The notes beneath the pieces are model-generated. The model had not been told where the DNA came from. It did not search any database and saw only the letters and a program-made list of their open reading frames with translations. This document shows, one piece after another, positions 9,267-17,904 of a DNA stretch of 37,460 nucleotides. The stretch is taken from positions 1-37,460 of IMG/VR virus record IMGVR_UViG_3300032259_000009. One strand, given 5' to 3'. Source of the DNA: a virus. Its lineage: Duplodnaviria > Caudoviricetes. Positions within the stretch are counted from its first letter, which is position 1. Every line of letters begins with the position of its first letter. The position numbers and the translations under genes were made by a program.

Positions 9267-10541
9267 TTAAAATCCGAATAACTTGGCCTGTTCGACCTCT
9301 CCCGGCGTGAGCTTGGCCCAATCGGAAGTGCTCAATCCTTCTGCGCCAGCACCACCCGCACCGTAAGCACCAACACCTGCTGCAATCTGCCCAACAGTCT
9401 GACGAATTGCATTGGCACTACCTAACTGGCCGGCCGCCTTTGCTTCGCCGATATTCAGGATATTGCCTGTTTCGCCCTGCGTTTTGGCCAGCAAGGCATT
9501 GTTGAGTGTATTGGTCGTGTTAATACCCAGGTTGGCTAGTTGGGCCTGACGATCCAGATTGCCCTGCTGCGCCTTGTAAATGTCCACAGCCTGCTGATAG
9601 TCAATACCATACTGCTGCATAACCGCCTGTACGTCTTGCGCGTAGGCACGCTGCTGGCGCTCGTACTGCTGCTGCTCATTGGTCTGGTCAATACCGTATT
9701 TAGTAAGACCTCGATTATAGGCGTTCAGATCGTTCTGAGCGGCTACATTGTACTGATCCATGCCGCGACCATATTGCACAGCCTCATTGGCATTGGTCAG
9801 CTGGTTCTGTTGTACCGTGCGGCCATACTGGTCGGCTTCTTCTCCGCGACTGATATTGTAATCAGTCAGGTTGCGGCCCTGATTCACTTCCGAGGTCGTC
9901 AGCGCGCGATTAAAGGCATTACCAAATTCCTGTGACGCAAGGTCCTGGGAGTAGGTCAACAGATCATTGACCCGGTTACCACTGATACGCTTGCCAGCCG
10001 CACCCGCCTTTCTGTTGATTGTATCGGCGGCCTGATCCATTCGGAATTTAACACCCGGATCATTAGCAAGATCAGCGCCAGAGAATGAAAACTGATCAGA
10101 TCCGCCATAAGTGGGCATCCTACCCTGATAATCAAGGTTTTGTGGCCCTTGTCCTGGATCCAGTGATAGTGGTTGCGTTTGATGATTAAATGTATTCAGA
10201 TCGTTGTTGTAACCTGGTGCACCCGGGACGCTGGGAGATGCTGGGAGGTTTGGCAGGTTTTGCTGGTTAACGCCTGAAACATACTGGTTAAGCGCATTGG
10301 TTCCAATCTGCTGATAGGGATCATACAGGTTCTGCACCTGCGGATAATAATTCGACCAGCCTTGTTTCGCTTCCTCTGCGGCGGCGACCTGTGTTCTAGC
10401 CGCGTCACGTTCAGCACCACCAAGGAATGGTTCGTTAATGCCCTTTTGCCAAACTTCGCTTGCACCACTTCTAACCGAATCATCAAAACTTTTTAGTGCA
10501 TTAGGTGTATCTATACCTGTCAGCTTTTTGAACCATCCCAT
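9267..10541 (-). CDS. Ejection/DNA pilot protein
   Basis: AARTQVAAA…NLYDPY…DPGVKFRMDQA…SG…YSQDLASQEF motifs typical of podophage pilot proteins; Gly/Ala-rich C-terminus. Confidence 0.75.
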   Translation of the reverse strand: MGWFKKLTGIDTPNALKSFDDSVRSGASEVWQKGINEPFLGGAERDAARTQVAAAEEAKQGWSNYYPQVQNLYDPYQQIGTNALNQYVSGVNQQNLPNLPASPSVPGAPGYNNDLNTFNHQTQPLSLDPGQGPQNLDYQGRMPTYGGSDQFSFSGADLANDPGVKFRMDQAADTINRKAGAAGKRISGNRVNDLLTYSQDLASQEFGNAFNRALTTSEVNQGRNLTDYNISRGEEADQYGRTVQQNQLTNANEAVQYGRGMDQYNVAAQNDLNAYNRGLTKYGIDQTNEQQQYERQQRAYAQDVQAVMQQYGIDYQQAVDIYKAQQGNLDRQAQLANLGINTTNTLNNALLAKTQGETGNILNIGEAKAAGQLGSANAIRQTVGQIAAGVGAYGAGGAGAEGLSTSDWAKLTPGEVEQAKLFGF

Positions 10542-10553
10542 GACGTACCCCCT

Positions 10554-12488
10554 TTAATTGGCTGCTCTGTAATGGAAGTTAAAGTATAGTCTGCTTCCGG
10601 CTATTATATTGTCGGCTGCGGCGACTCCAGTTCCAGTAGTGTCTCTCTCATAGACGCTTATTGTTGTCCCGCCGTTACCAACAAGGCCGTATAAGCCAAG
10701 CGTTGCCGCGTTTATGCCATAGTATTCAACAGAAAACCCGGCGAGGTTTGCGCCCTCGCTGGTAGACGCTGCTGTATAAGGTAAGCCGTTAACAAAGAGT
10801 ACACCGGTCGGTGAACTAACAGAAGAAACCCTAAGTTCCCCCTCAACAAACACTCTATTTCCGATCTTCGTGTGAGAAAGGGTGTCGTATGAAGTATCTA
10901 TTGTTATGGTTCCACTATTGGCACTAAGCGTTACCGCAGTCGTTCCTTCTTCATAATCATCAAAAGTGTTGGCGTTAGCTGATGCGTTTTGTGTTGCCGG
11001 GAAAGCAATCTGTCCACCGTTGGCGCTAATCGTTCCAGAAGCAGATAACGTGGTGAAGGCCCCAGCCGCCGCTGTTGATCCGCCAATAGCTGTGCCATCA
11101 ATCGCACCACCGTTGATATCGGTTGTTGGGATGGTGACTGTACCGCTTCCAAAGTCCCAAGATCCGTCATTGTTTCCTACTAGGGTAGTTGTCCAAGAAA
11201 TAGCGGTATCTGCAGTTCCTGACGCGGCTATACCGAAAATATGTGATCCGGCATACTGTTGATAAATTGAGGCTTCGGCAGTTGAAATATATTTATTCGC
11301 ACCATCATTGTAAGCATTCTGCGTCATCATAATAGCTTTGCCTGACCCGGCTGTTGTATCTCCCCAGATAGCACCATTTCCACCAAGCTGGGCAGCTGTT
11401 AGCGTGCTTGCCCACGCTTCAGGTACTACATTAAAACCGTAGTTACCATCTGACGATATTTTTAACCCCTCAGTGGCAGATGTCGCGCTCCCGGGCGCTA
11501 TATTCAGACCGCCACTTGTCGCGGTCTGATCTCGAATTGTGTAGTCAACTGTATTGTTAACGGAAAATTCAACCGAACCACTTTGGCTAGTTGGCGCGTC
11601 GATCTTCATATAAACATTGCCAGCGCCGTAAACTTCAAATTCCCGTGTAGGTGCTTTACCAATACCTACCTGTCCACCACTGTCGATTGTCACTGCGGTA
11701 CTGGCCGCATTATCATCAATACCAAGCGATGTGAAGGCACCTGTAGCATCCAGCGTTGTGGCCGTAACGGCTGCGGGCGTTGCCCCGCCAATCGCTGCGC
11801 CATCGATCGTGCCACCATTAATGTCAACAGTCGTGACGGTTCCAAGATTCGACCATGTTCCGCTGCTTGATCCGCCTGCCAGTGTTGACGCACCTGTAGC
11901 CGAAAGCGTAGTAAACGCACCTGCAGCCGGTGTGCTGCTGCCAATAGCTGTGCCATCAATCGCGCTGTTACCAATAGTCGTGCCATCAATCGTGCCACCG
12001 TTGATATCAATAGCGCTATAAATTTTCCCGGCTGTTACGTTCCAGCTTGTGCCGGCAGCATTAACTTTGAACGTGGCCGATTCATATTGCCCCAGGCTAT
12101 ATGATGTACCGCCGTTGATCGTGTCGGTTCCGGTACGCGCTACCGTCAGTGCCGTGGCAGCAAGGTTGATCAGCGTAACCTGGTAATCGCCGGTATCGGT
12201 CGCGGCAATGATCGTCGCCGCGTCAGGCAATGTCGCGGTAAGGCTTGACCCATTAAACTCAACAGTATCGCGGTTATCAGGTTCGGTTAGCGTGTAGTCG
12301 GCCGTCTTGGCCAGCGTGCCTATAAAAAAATTCGTTTCAAGTTCGGCATGCGTTAACGCGGCACCTTTGCCGGTTCGAGTAGTAATAGTTGTAGCATCTG
12401 CGACATTGGCAAACATGGCGATAGCTGTGATGAACGCTGACATGTATAGAGTCAATCCAAACTTAGCCAATCGTGTAAATTTGTACAT
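10554..12488 (-). CDS. Tail fibre, 644 aa, with a signal-peptide-like N-terminus
   Basis: AGAGGA 8 nt before ATG 12488. Anchor motif TRTGKGAALTHAELETNF, three DINGGxIDG…IG…AA repeats, C-terminal DDYEEGT…YDT…TKIGNRV…GLPY fibre-tip pattern. Confidence 0.85.
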   Translation of the reverse strand: MYKFTRLAKFGLTLYMSAFITAIAMFANVADATTITTRTGKGAALTHAELETNFFIGTLAKTADYTLTEPDNRDTVEFNGSSLTATLPDAATIIAATDTGDYQVTLINLAATALTVARTGTDTINGGTSYSLGQYESATFKVNAAGTSWNVTAGKIYSAIDINGGTIDGTTIGNSAIDGTAIGSSTPAAGAFTTLSATGASTLAGGSSSGTWSNLGTVTTVDINGGTIDGAAIGGATPAAVTATTLDATGAFTSLGIDDNAASTAVTIDSGGQVGIGKAPTREFEVYGAGNVYMKIDAPTSQSGSVEFSVNNTVDYTIRDQTATSGGLNIAPGSATSATEGLKISSDGNYGFNVVPEAWASTLTAAQLGGNGAIWGDTTAGSGKAIMMTQNAYNDGANKYISTAEASIYQQYAGSHIFGIAASGTADTAISWTTTLVGNNDGSWDFGSGTVTIPTTDINGGAIDGTAIGGSTAAAGAFTTLSASGTISANGGQIAFPATQNASANANTFDDYEEGTTAVTLSANSGTITIDTSYDTLSHTKIGNRVFVEGELRVSSVSSPTGVLFVNGLPYTAASTSEGANLAGFSVEYYGINAATLGLYGLVGNGGTTISVYERDTTGTGVAAADNIIAGSRLYFNFHYRAAN

Positions 12489-12510
12489 AGATCTAATCCT
12501 CTGTTTATAA

Positions 12511-12819
12511 TTAAACAACAATGCTTCTATTGGTAACTCGACGCCAATTTGTGCCATCACTAAACGCCAGGCAGGGCCCATCCGGAATATCAGACACAAA
12601 CGAATCATCGTTGGTGTCATCGATCACATATACCAATGATGAATATGTCGCGTTATCGCACCACTCGGAAGCCGCCGGAAGATCGGCTGTTATATAAGCT
12701 GGGATCTCTAACGGCCCTGGTTTTGTGTAATCCCACAATAAAGAAAACCACCGCCGCCAGATATGCCAACTTTTTTCATCAAGTAGCGCTTGTGGTGGTG
12801 GTGGAACCCGTGTTGCCAC
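12511..12819 (-). CDS. Small virion/tail protein
   Basis: Between hub and fibre; WRRWF near the N-terminus and C-terminal AFSDGTNWRRV. Confidence 0.65.
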   Translation of the reverse strand: MATRVPPPPQALLDEKSWHIWRRWFSLLWDYTKPGPLEIPAYITADLPAASEWCDNATYSSLVYVIDDTNDDSFVSDIPDGPCLAFSDGTNWRRVTNRSIVV

Positions 12820-12821
12820 AG

Positions 12822-14345
12822 TTATATCCCGATTAAATATTCAAGAGCTTCAAGCCTTACAAGCTCTGTTGACGTTGTAGACAGCTCAAAATTGCACCGC
12901 TTGAATCTGCCTAAACCGTGCAAAAAACGTGGCTTTGATAAATCCAGTGATCTTCCGGAATCAAAGTTATCTGACTTATTCTTGGATCGCTTAATCGTGA
13001 GTGTCTGGCTTGCCGCTGTGCTGTTACATACAACCCCGAGCTGTGCAAGGTACTTGTTTCTGTTTGTGCCGAAATCCTGCTGTCCTGTTCTGATACGCAT
13101 CTCGAACGCTGCGCCTTCAGGATTGGCTCCCGTGATAAAACCATCATCAACAAAGCCGTCTGCCACAAATACATCACTGGCCAAAAGGGAATCATTCGGA
13201 ACCAGATCATCTGTCATCACCACCACATCGCCGTTGTACATCATTCCCTGTCCGCGCCTGGCTGTGGTGCTGGTACGCTTTGACCAGCCGATTAGGGGGT
13301 ATTCGTTCAGCCCGCCAATAGTTGTTTCAATCGTGCCCCATATACCGGTAATGTCATCATAAACCAGTGATTTAACTGGCGTCAGTACGCTGGTTTCTTC
13401 ATAAAAGGTGATCACATAGAAGATGTGGCCGGCTGAATGATACCCGGACCCCAAAACAACATAGAGATCCGTATTCAGTGCGCTTGAAAGGAATGAGTCA
13501 AGAGATTCGCTTGATATCTTTTTGAGAGCGAAGTTTTCAAGTAACCAAACACCAACGCCGCCTGAACTATTAACGCCGACAAAGAATATCCGATCACCAT
13601 CAACCCAGGCCGAACCACCGTTATAGATGCCGACATTATAAAAAACGTCCTGCCTCCGGGTTAAAGGTGACGCGTTAGAGGCATTATTATCATCGTAGAA
13701 AAACGCCTCAATTGTGGCGGCACCAAACCCGATAATATGATCATGGTGCTTTGCAATGAAAGCGCCTCGATCCGGATCACGTTCGGCGGCTACATAACCC
13801 AGCGCCTGCCAGGTTGTCAGATCCTCGTAAGCTGTGTTGTATATTAATCCATCAACACCCATGACAAAGCCAACACCATTGAGTACGGCGCACCCTGGAA
13901 CAATGCTTACCGCTGGTGTGTCTTTTGGTGGGAAATTGGGATCTGTAATCTGTGTTAATGTATCTGAGCTGTTGACGGTCCAGGCCTGATCGTTTTCTGC
14001 GTCAACAATCAATAGCAGATTGTCAAGCTCGTAGATATAAACCGGCCTTATACCTGCTGTTATCGTGCCAACAACTGTTGAATAATTGCCCTTGTAAACC
14101 GTATCACCAGCCACAAGGTAGGTAAAACCGGTAAATGACCAGTAATAAACGCCGCGACCCTGAACAGCACCAATAGTTGCGCTGGCATCAATCGATACGT
14201 CTATGGTTGGCCTCTGTGTGACCAGATACTTGTCACCGTCTTTGATGACCATGGCATTATGTAGGCCGCGCTCATGCTCTGTAATCTCAGCACCAGAAAA
14301 GGCCGTTATTTGAAGATCAACGGCCAGTGATATGCGGCCTTCCAT
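12822..14345 (-). CDS. Tail hub/nozzle, P22 gp10-like (packaged DNA stabilization protein)
   Basis: 507 aa, beta-rich, AERDPD motif, follows the adaptor gene. Confidence 0.7.
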   Translation of the reverse strand: MEGRISLAVDLQITAFSGAEITEHERGLHNAMVIKDGDKYLVTQRPTIDVSIDASATIGAVQGRGVYYWSFTGFTYLVAGDTVYKGNYSTVVGTITAGIRPVYIYELDNLLLIVDAENDQAWTVNSSDTLTQITDPNFPPKDTPAVSIVPGCAVLNGVGFVMGVDGLIYNTAYEDLTTWQALGYVAAERDPDRGAFIAKHHDHIIGFGAATIEAFFYDDNNASNASPLTRRQDVFYNVGIYNGGSAWVDGDRIFFVGVNSSGGVGVWLLENFALKKISSESLDSFLSSALNTDLYVVLGSGYHSAGHIFYVITFYEETSVLTPVKSLVYDDITGIWGTIETTIGGLNEYPLIGWSKRTSTTARRGQGMMYNGDVVVMTDDLVPNDSLLASDVFVADGFVDDGFITGANPEGAAFEMRIRTGQQDFGTNRNKYLAQLGVVCNSTAASQTLTIKRSKNKSDNFDSGRSLDLSKPRFLHGLGRFKRCNFELSTTSTELVRLEALEYLIGI

Positions 14346-14722
14346 CAGAAATACTCCGACTTGACTGGCGTGTGGACATAGCGGTTAGATGACAACCGGC
14401 GCAACATCGTTATCGCTGATATATTGTCTTGAATATCCGGACCCCAGGCCATACGCTGCAATCGGCTGTTGTGCGGTTCAGGCACATCGAAATCATCACA
14501 TAATGCAGCCGCAAGCAGTGTGGTCACCGGCAGCACGGCCTGGTCTGGTATCTCGTCTTCGGCTCCCCAGGTTGAAACCTGTAATTCCGTCAACAAAGCC
14601 AGTAGGTTGGCCATAATGGCCTCAGCCGCTGCTTGCTGGTCGGCATTTTCATAAGTATCGCCGTGCTCTAATACGTGGCACTTAACCAGCGCGCTAATGA
14701 TCACATCTGCTTGCGTTGCCAT
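14345..14722 (-). CDS. Head-to-tail adaptor, P22 gp4-like
   Basis: MATQADVIISAL… helical protein ending in EYF, directly before the hub gene. Confidence 0.7.
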   Translation of the reverse strand: MATQADVIISALVKCHVLEHGDTYENADQQAAAEAIMANLLALLTELQVSTWGAEDEIPDQAVLPVTTLLAAALCDDFDVPEPHNSRLQRMAWGPDIQDNISAITMLRRLSSNRYVHTPVKSEYF

Positions 14723-14728
14723 ATCGAT

Positions 14729-15040
14729 TTACTCGGTTACTTCAACAAAATCACTGTGGCCGGCGAGCTTATCCACAACCGTCACAGGTATTTCCGTGAA
14801 ATTGGAGCTGTTCTGGCCGTGGCCGAACTTCTTCCAGGTATAGGCGATTGTTTCACATGGAACAGTGACAGGCTCCCCTCGCTTAAATTTAATGCCATAA
14901 AAGTCGATAGACTCATGATCGCCAACGTACTCAAAGGTGCGGCCATCGACAGCACTTACCTCAGCTTCACCGTTTTCAACCTGACCGTTCAATGCGTTCA
15001 CAGGATCCTGCTGTTGCGGCTTCTGATTGCCTTTACTCAT
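14729..15040 (-). CDS. Hypothetical protein (head region)
   Basis: RBS AGGAG; motif FEYVGD…FYGIKF…KLAGHSDF. Confidence 0.7.
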   Translation of the reverse strand: MSKGNQKPQQQDPVNALNGQVENGEAEVSAVDGRTFEYVGDHESIDFYGIKFKRGEPVTVPCETIAYTWKKFGHGQNSSNFTEIPVTVVDKLAGHSDFVEVTE

Positions 15041-15070
15041 GACTGTTAATCTCCTGATAGTTTAGATAAT

Positions 15071-15101
15071 AAAAAAAGCGGGCAAATACGGCCCGCCTTT
15101 T
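15071..15101. terminator. Intrinsic terminator, probably bidirectional
   Basis: A7-GCGGGC-aaatacg-GCCCGC-cTTTT. Confidence 0.8.
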
Positions 15102-15116
15102 CTATTCCTTATGGTT

Positions 15117-15590
15117 TTAAGCAGTTACCCGCTCATCGTTGTAAACACCGAGCATTATCAATGTCAGCACACCAGTACCACCTGCAGCTGCGGCTGCGGT
15201 AATGGTGCCAATGATATCGGTATCTGCGGTAAATTCAGTTGGTACAGCCGTAAACAGCGTCCCAGCTAAAGGCATCCAGATACCGGCAACCGGCTTAATT
15301 TCAGTTACAGCATCACCTGTGATCACACCGGAATTTAGGTACTTTTGTGCGGTACCAGAAATACCTATATCAATCTCAAGCGTTTCAGCACCAGTATCAA
15401 GATCTGCACCCTGCAGAAAACCGAATAATGGCGTAAAACCCTTTGGCGCTGTAAAGAAATTGATGGTGTCTGCTGCTGATAAAGCTGTTGCGATGTTAAT
15501 TGAACCAAATAACACCTTGAGATTGCCAGCCGGACCAGCACCAGGGCGAGGTTTACCACTCCCGTACTGCAGTGAATTGTTTGCAGCCAT
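15117..15590 (-). CDS. Capsid decoration/cement protein
   Basis: 157 aa, Gly/Ala/Thr-rich beta protein immediately after the major capsid gene; RBS AAGGAG. Confidence 0.65.
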   Translation of the reverse strand: MAANNSLQYGSGKPRPGAGPAGNLKVLFGSINIATALSAADTINFFTAPKGFTPLFGFLQGADLDTGAETLEIDIGISGTAQKYLNSGVITGDAVTEIKPVAGIWMPLAGTLFTAVPTEFTADTDIIGTITAAAAAGGTGVLTLIMLGVYNDERVTA

Positions 15591-15624
15591 CGTCTTGTCT
15601 CCTTAAAAATTATTACCTGAAATT

Positions 15625-15660
15625 ATAAAGCCCGGCCCCTGCTTAAAGGCCGGGCTTTAT
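15625..15660. terminator. 13-bp hairpin after the capsid gene
   Basis: ATAAAGCCCGGCC-N10-GGCCGGGCTTTAT, a perfect inverted repeat. Confidence 0.75.
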
Positions 15661-15691
15661 TGCTTACCTATCACCCACCAACTGCTATCGA

Positions 15692-16807
15692 TTAAGAATC
15701 AACGGCAGCCGCGACATAGACGGTCACCATGCCATTCTGGACATGCTGGCTGCTTGTTTCGCTCGGGTTATCATCGAAGAACGTCTTCTTGATGTCGTGT
15801 TTCAGCTCGACGGCTACGCCTGGCTGGAAACCGTAATCATAGAGCTTATCGACGATGATCTTAGGACGCTGACCCAAACCATAACCCAATGCCTGAGCAC
15901 CACAGAAAAAGCATGGTGCAACACGCGCTGATGACGCGCCGCCAGTCAACAGGTTAATGGTTGACAGTGTGCCATTCGTGTTTGTGACAAGTTCCCCGAT
16001 TTCAGGGATTTCACGAATGATAACACTGTCATAAACCAAATCACCTTCCTTGTAGATGGGATTTGATTTACCACGCTGCATTGCGCTTGCGTGCTCTGTT
16101 GCCATATCCGTCTTAAGATCACGGAAGGCGTAAGAGTCCACAAACATCACATACCACTCTTCATCTTCACCTATACGGATCGGGCGAATATGAGGATTAG
16201 CATTTTTGGCCATGCGCTTGGCAAGGCCTACAATGCCGCGGTCCAGGGTGTCGTTAGTGGTGTCAACTTTGGCAAGGTCAGCAGAATGATCACCTGACGA
16301 GTTGGCTAGTGCTGAACCAAACAAGATACGATCATCATTCTGTGCTGCCCACAAGTCGGCTTGCGCCTCAGTAACAGCCGCAATCTCACGATACGCTGTA
16401 CCATCGTGCATTGCTGCCATTGCCTTGATAACGTCATCGCGGGTTTTTTCCATTGACCAGTCAAGCAGCAATGGACGCGCTGCTCTCATTAGGTCAATAG
16501 CTGGTTTTTCAAGTTCTTCCTTGTCAAACTCAACCGCATGGCGTTTGTAAGACGGTGCCAACTCCTGGCCATAGTTGCCAATAGCCTCACCATTACCGCG
16601 CAAGGTTTTTGATCCGCTAGTGCCATCACCTTTGAGGCGTGTTACTAATGGGATCTCAATCTTTTTGCGGCCCTCTTTGATCACAATAACATTATTGTGA
16701 TCCATCCCGGTGTACCGGGTAAAACGCGAGCGCCGTACATATTCCCGATAATACTGTTTCAGGAATTTTGTTACGACTAGCTCGGTGGCTGTTCTAGTAT
16801 TAGCCAT
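15692..16807 (-). CDS. Major capsid protein (N4-gp56/DUF4043-like)
   Basis: 371 aa after the scaffold; LKGDG…LRGNGEAI, YVMFVD, NPIYKEG…YDSVIIRE, FFCGAQAL, DYGFQPG. Confidence 0.9.
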   Translation of the reverse strand: MANTRTATELVVTKFLKQYYREYVRRSRFTRYTGMDHNNVIVIKEGRKKIEIPLVTRLKGDGTSGSKTLRGNGEAIGNYGQELAPSYKRHAVEFDKEELEKPAIDLMRAARPLLLDWSMEKTRDDVIKAMAAMHDGTAYREIAAVTEAQADLWAAQNDDRILFGSALANSSGDHSADLAKVDTTNDTLDRGIVGLAKRMAKNANPHIRPIRIGEDEEWYVMFVDSYAFRDLKTDMATEHASAMQRGKSNPIYKEGDLVYDSVIIREIPEIGELVTNTNGTLSTINLLTGGASSARVAPCFFCGAQALGYGLGQRPKIIVDKLYDYGFQPGVAVELKHDIKKTFFDDNPSETSSQHVQNGMVTVYVAAAVDS

Positions 16808-16824
16808 GGTCTATCTCCTACGGG

Positions 16825-17772
16825 TTAGCGATGCCCGTACAAAGTTTCTAGCGAATCATCCGGCATAACGTCGGTATTTCCGCCAGCTGCACGGGCGCTT
16901 GTTAATGTACCCGGTAGTTTTGTGGCGATCTGTTCAACGTCTTTCTCGATAACAGCGCTATTCGACGCAGCCCTTTCCGCTTCAATTTCCGCCAGTATTT
17001 CCTGGCGTACCCTCTCGCGGTAAGCAACCGGATCACTTATATCTGCAACAGATTTATTCTGCTTACTGGTTTTGTAGATATATTCATAGGGATCTGGTTG
17101 TGCTTTTGCCTGATCTATAAGCATAGGATTTGCTTTAACCATATTGTCAAAGAAGTGAGCCTTAACATCGTCAAAGTCATCATGCTTTGACCTGGCTAAA
17201 TTCTCTGACAAATTCAGGAATTGATTACTGAACTGATCGGTTACCTGGCTAACAGCCTTGCCCACCGCCTGATTAATTACTGCGGCGGGATCCTGGTAAT
17301 AATCAATCTCATCTTCCTGTTGTTCTGCTACTGGTTGCTGCTGGTTCGCTTGCTGCTGCTGCATTAACGTCATCATCTGCTGCTGCAACAATCGATAGTT
17401 TTCCTCTGCCTGCTGACGCTTATCACGTTCAGCTTGCGCTGCTGCTAAAAGACCTTTTTCCTTTTCGCCCAAAACATCCGGCTTGTTGTCGCTGGTCTGA
17501 TCGTCCTGCCCTTGATCACTTGCCTGAATATCACCAGCCGGCGGCGCTTCATCGTCTTTTTCGCCCGTTTGTGCATCTGGTTTTTCTGCCCCTGCTTCGT
17601 CAGTCTCAGTGGAAGCGTTATCGGTTGCAGCTTTCGATGTGTCATCGTCATCTGTTGACGAATTATCGTCATCTGCTGCACTCGCTATCGCTCCGACTGT
17701 TCCTGGCTCATCAAGAGCTGATCCATAAACATCTGCAAGATCATCAATTTCATTATCATCAAAGTCAGCCAT
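16825..17772 (-). CDS. Scaffolding protein
   Basis: Acidic disordered N-terminus, AERDKRQ coiled coil, between portal and capsid; RBS GGAGG. Confidence 0.8.
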   Translation of the reverse strand: MADFDDNEIDDLADVYGSALDEPGTVGAIASAADDDNSSTDDDDTSKAATDNASTETDEAGAEKPDAQTGEKDDEAPPAGDIQASDQGQDDQTSDNKPDVLGEKEKGLLAAAQAERDKRQQAEENYRLLQQQMMTLMQQQQANQQQPVAEQQEDEIDYYQDPAAVINQAVGKAVSQVTDQFSNQFLNLSENLARSKHDDFDDVKAHFFDNMVKANPMLIDQAKAQPDPYEYIYKTSKQNKSVADISDPVAYRERVRQEILAEIEAERAASNSAVIEKDVEQIATKLPGTLTSARAAGGNTDVMPDDSLETLYGHR

Positions 17773-17787
17773 TTCTATCCTCCATTA

Positions 17788-17836
17788 ACGCCCGTTCTGC
17801 GGCGGCCAGTTTTTTACGCCCGAAACCCGGCGGCGG
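17788..17836 (-). promoter_or_regulatory. Twice-repeated GC motif in the scaffold 5' UTR
   Basis: mRNA sense CCGCCGC-N7-CGGGCGT and CCGCCGC-N4-CGGGCGT directly upstream of the RBS. Confidence 0.5.
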
Positions 17837-17858
17837 AACCTGTCAAGTGACAGGCAAT

Positions 17859-17881
17859 AAAAAACCCGCGTAATGCGGGTT
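17859..17881 (-). terminator. Intrinsic terminator after the portal gene
   Basis: Minus strand AACCCGC-ATTAC-GCGGGTT-TTTT. Confidence 0.8.
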
Positions 17882-17904
17882 CGGTAAATCTTTAATTTTG
17901 TTTA

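Noticed and set aside
12489-12620. 44-aa N-terminal extension of the 688-aa fibre ORF
   Set aside because: It overlaps the upstream gene; the RBS supports ATG 12488.
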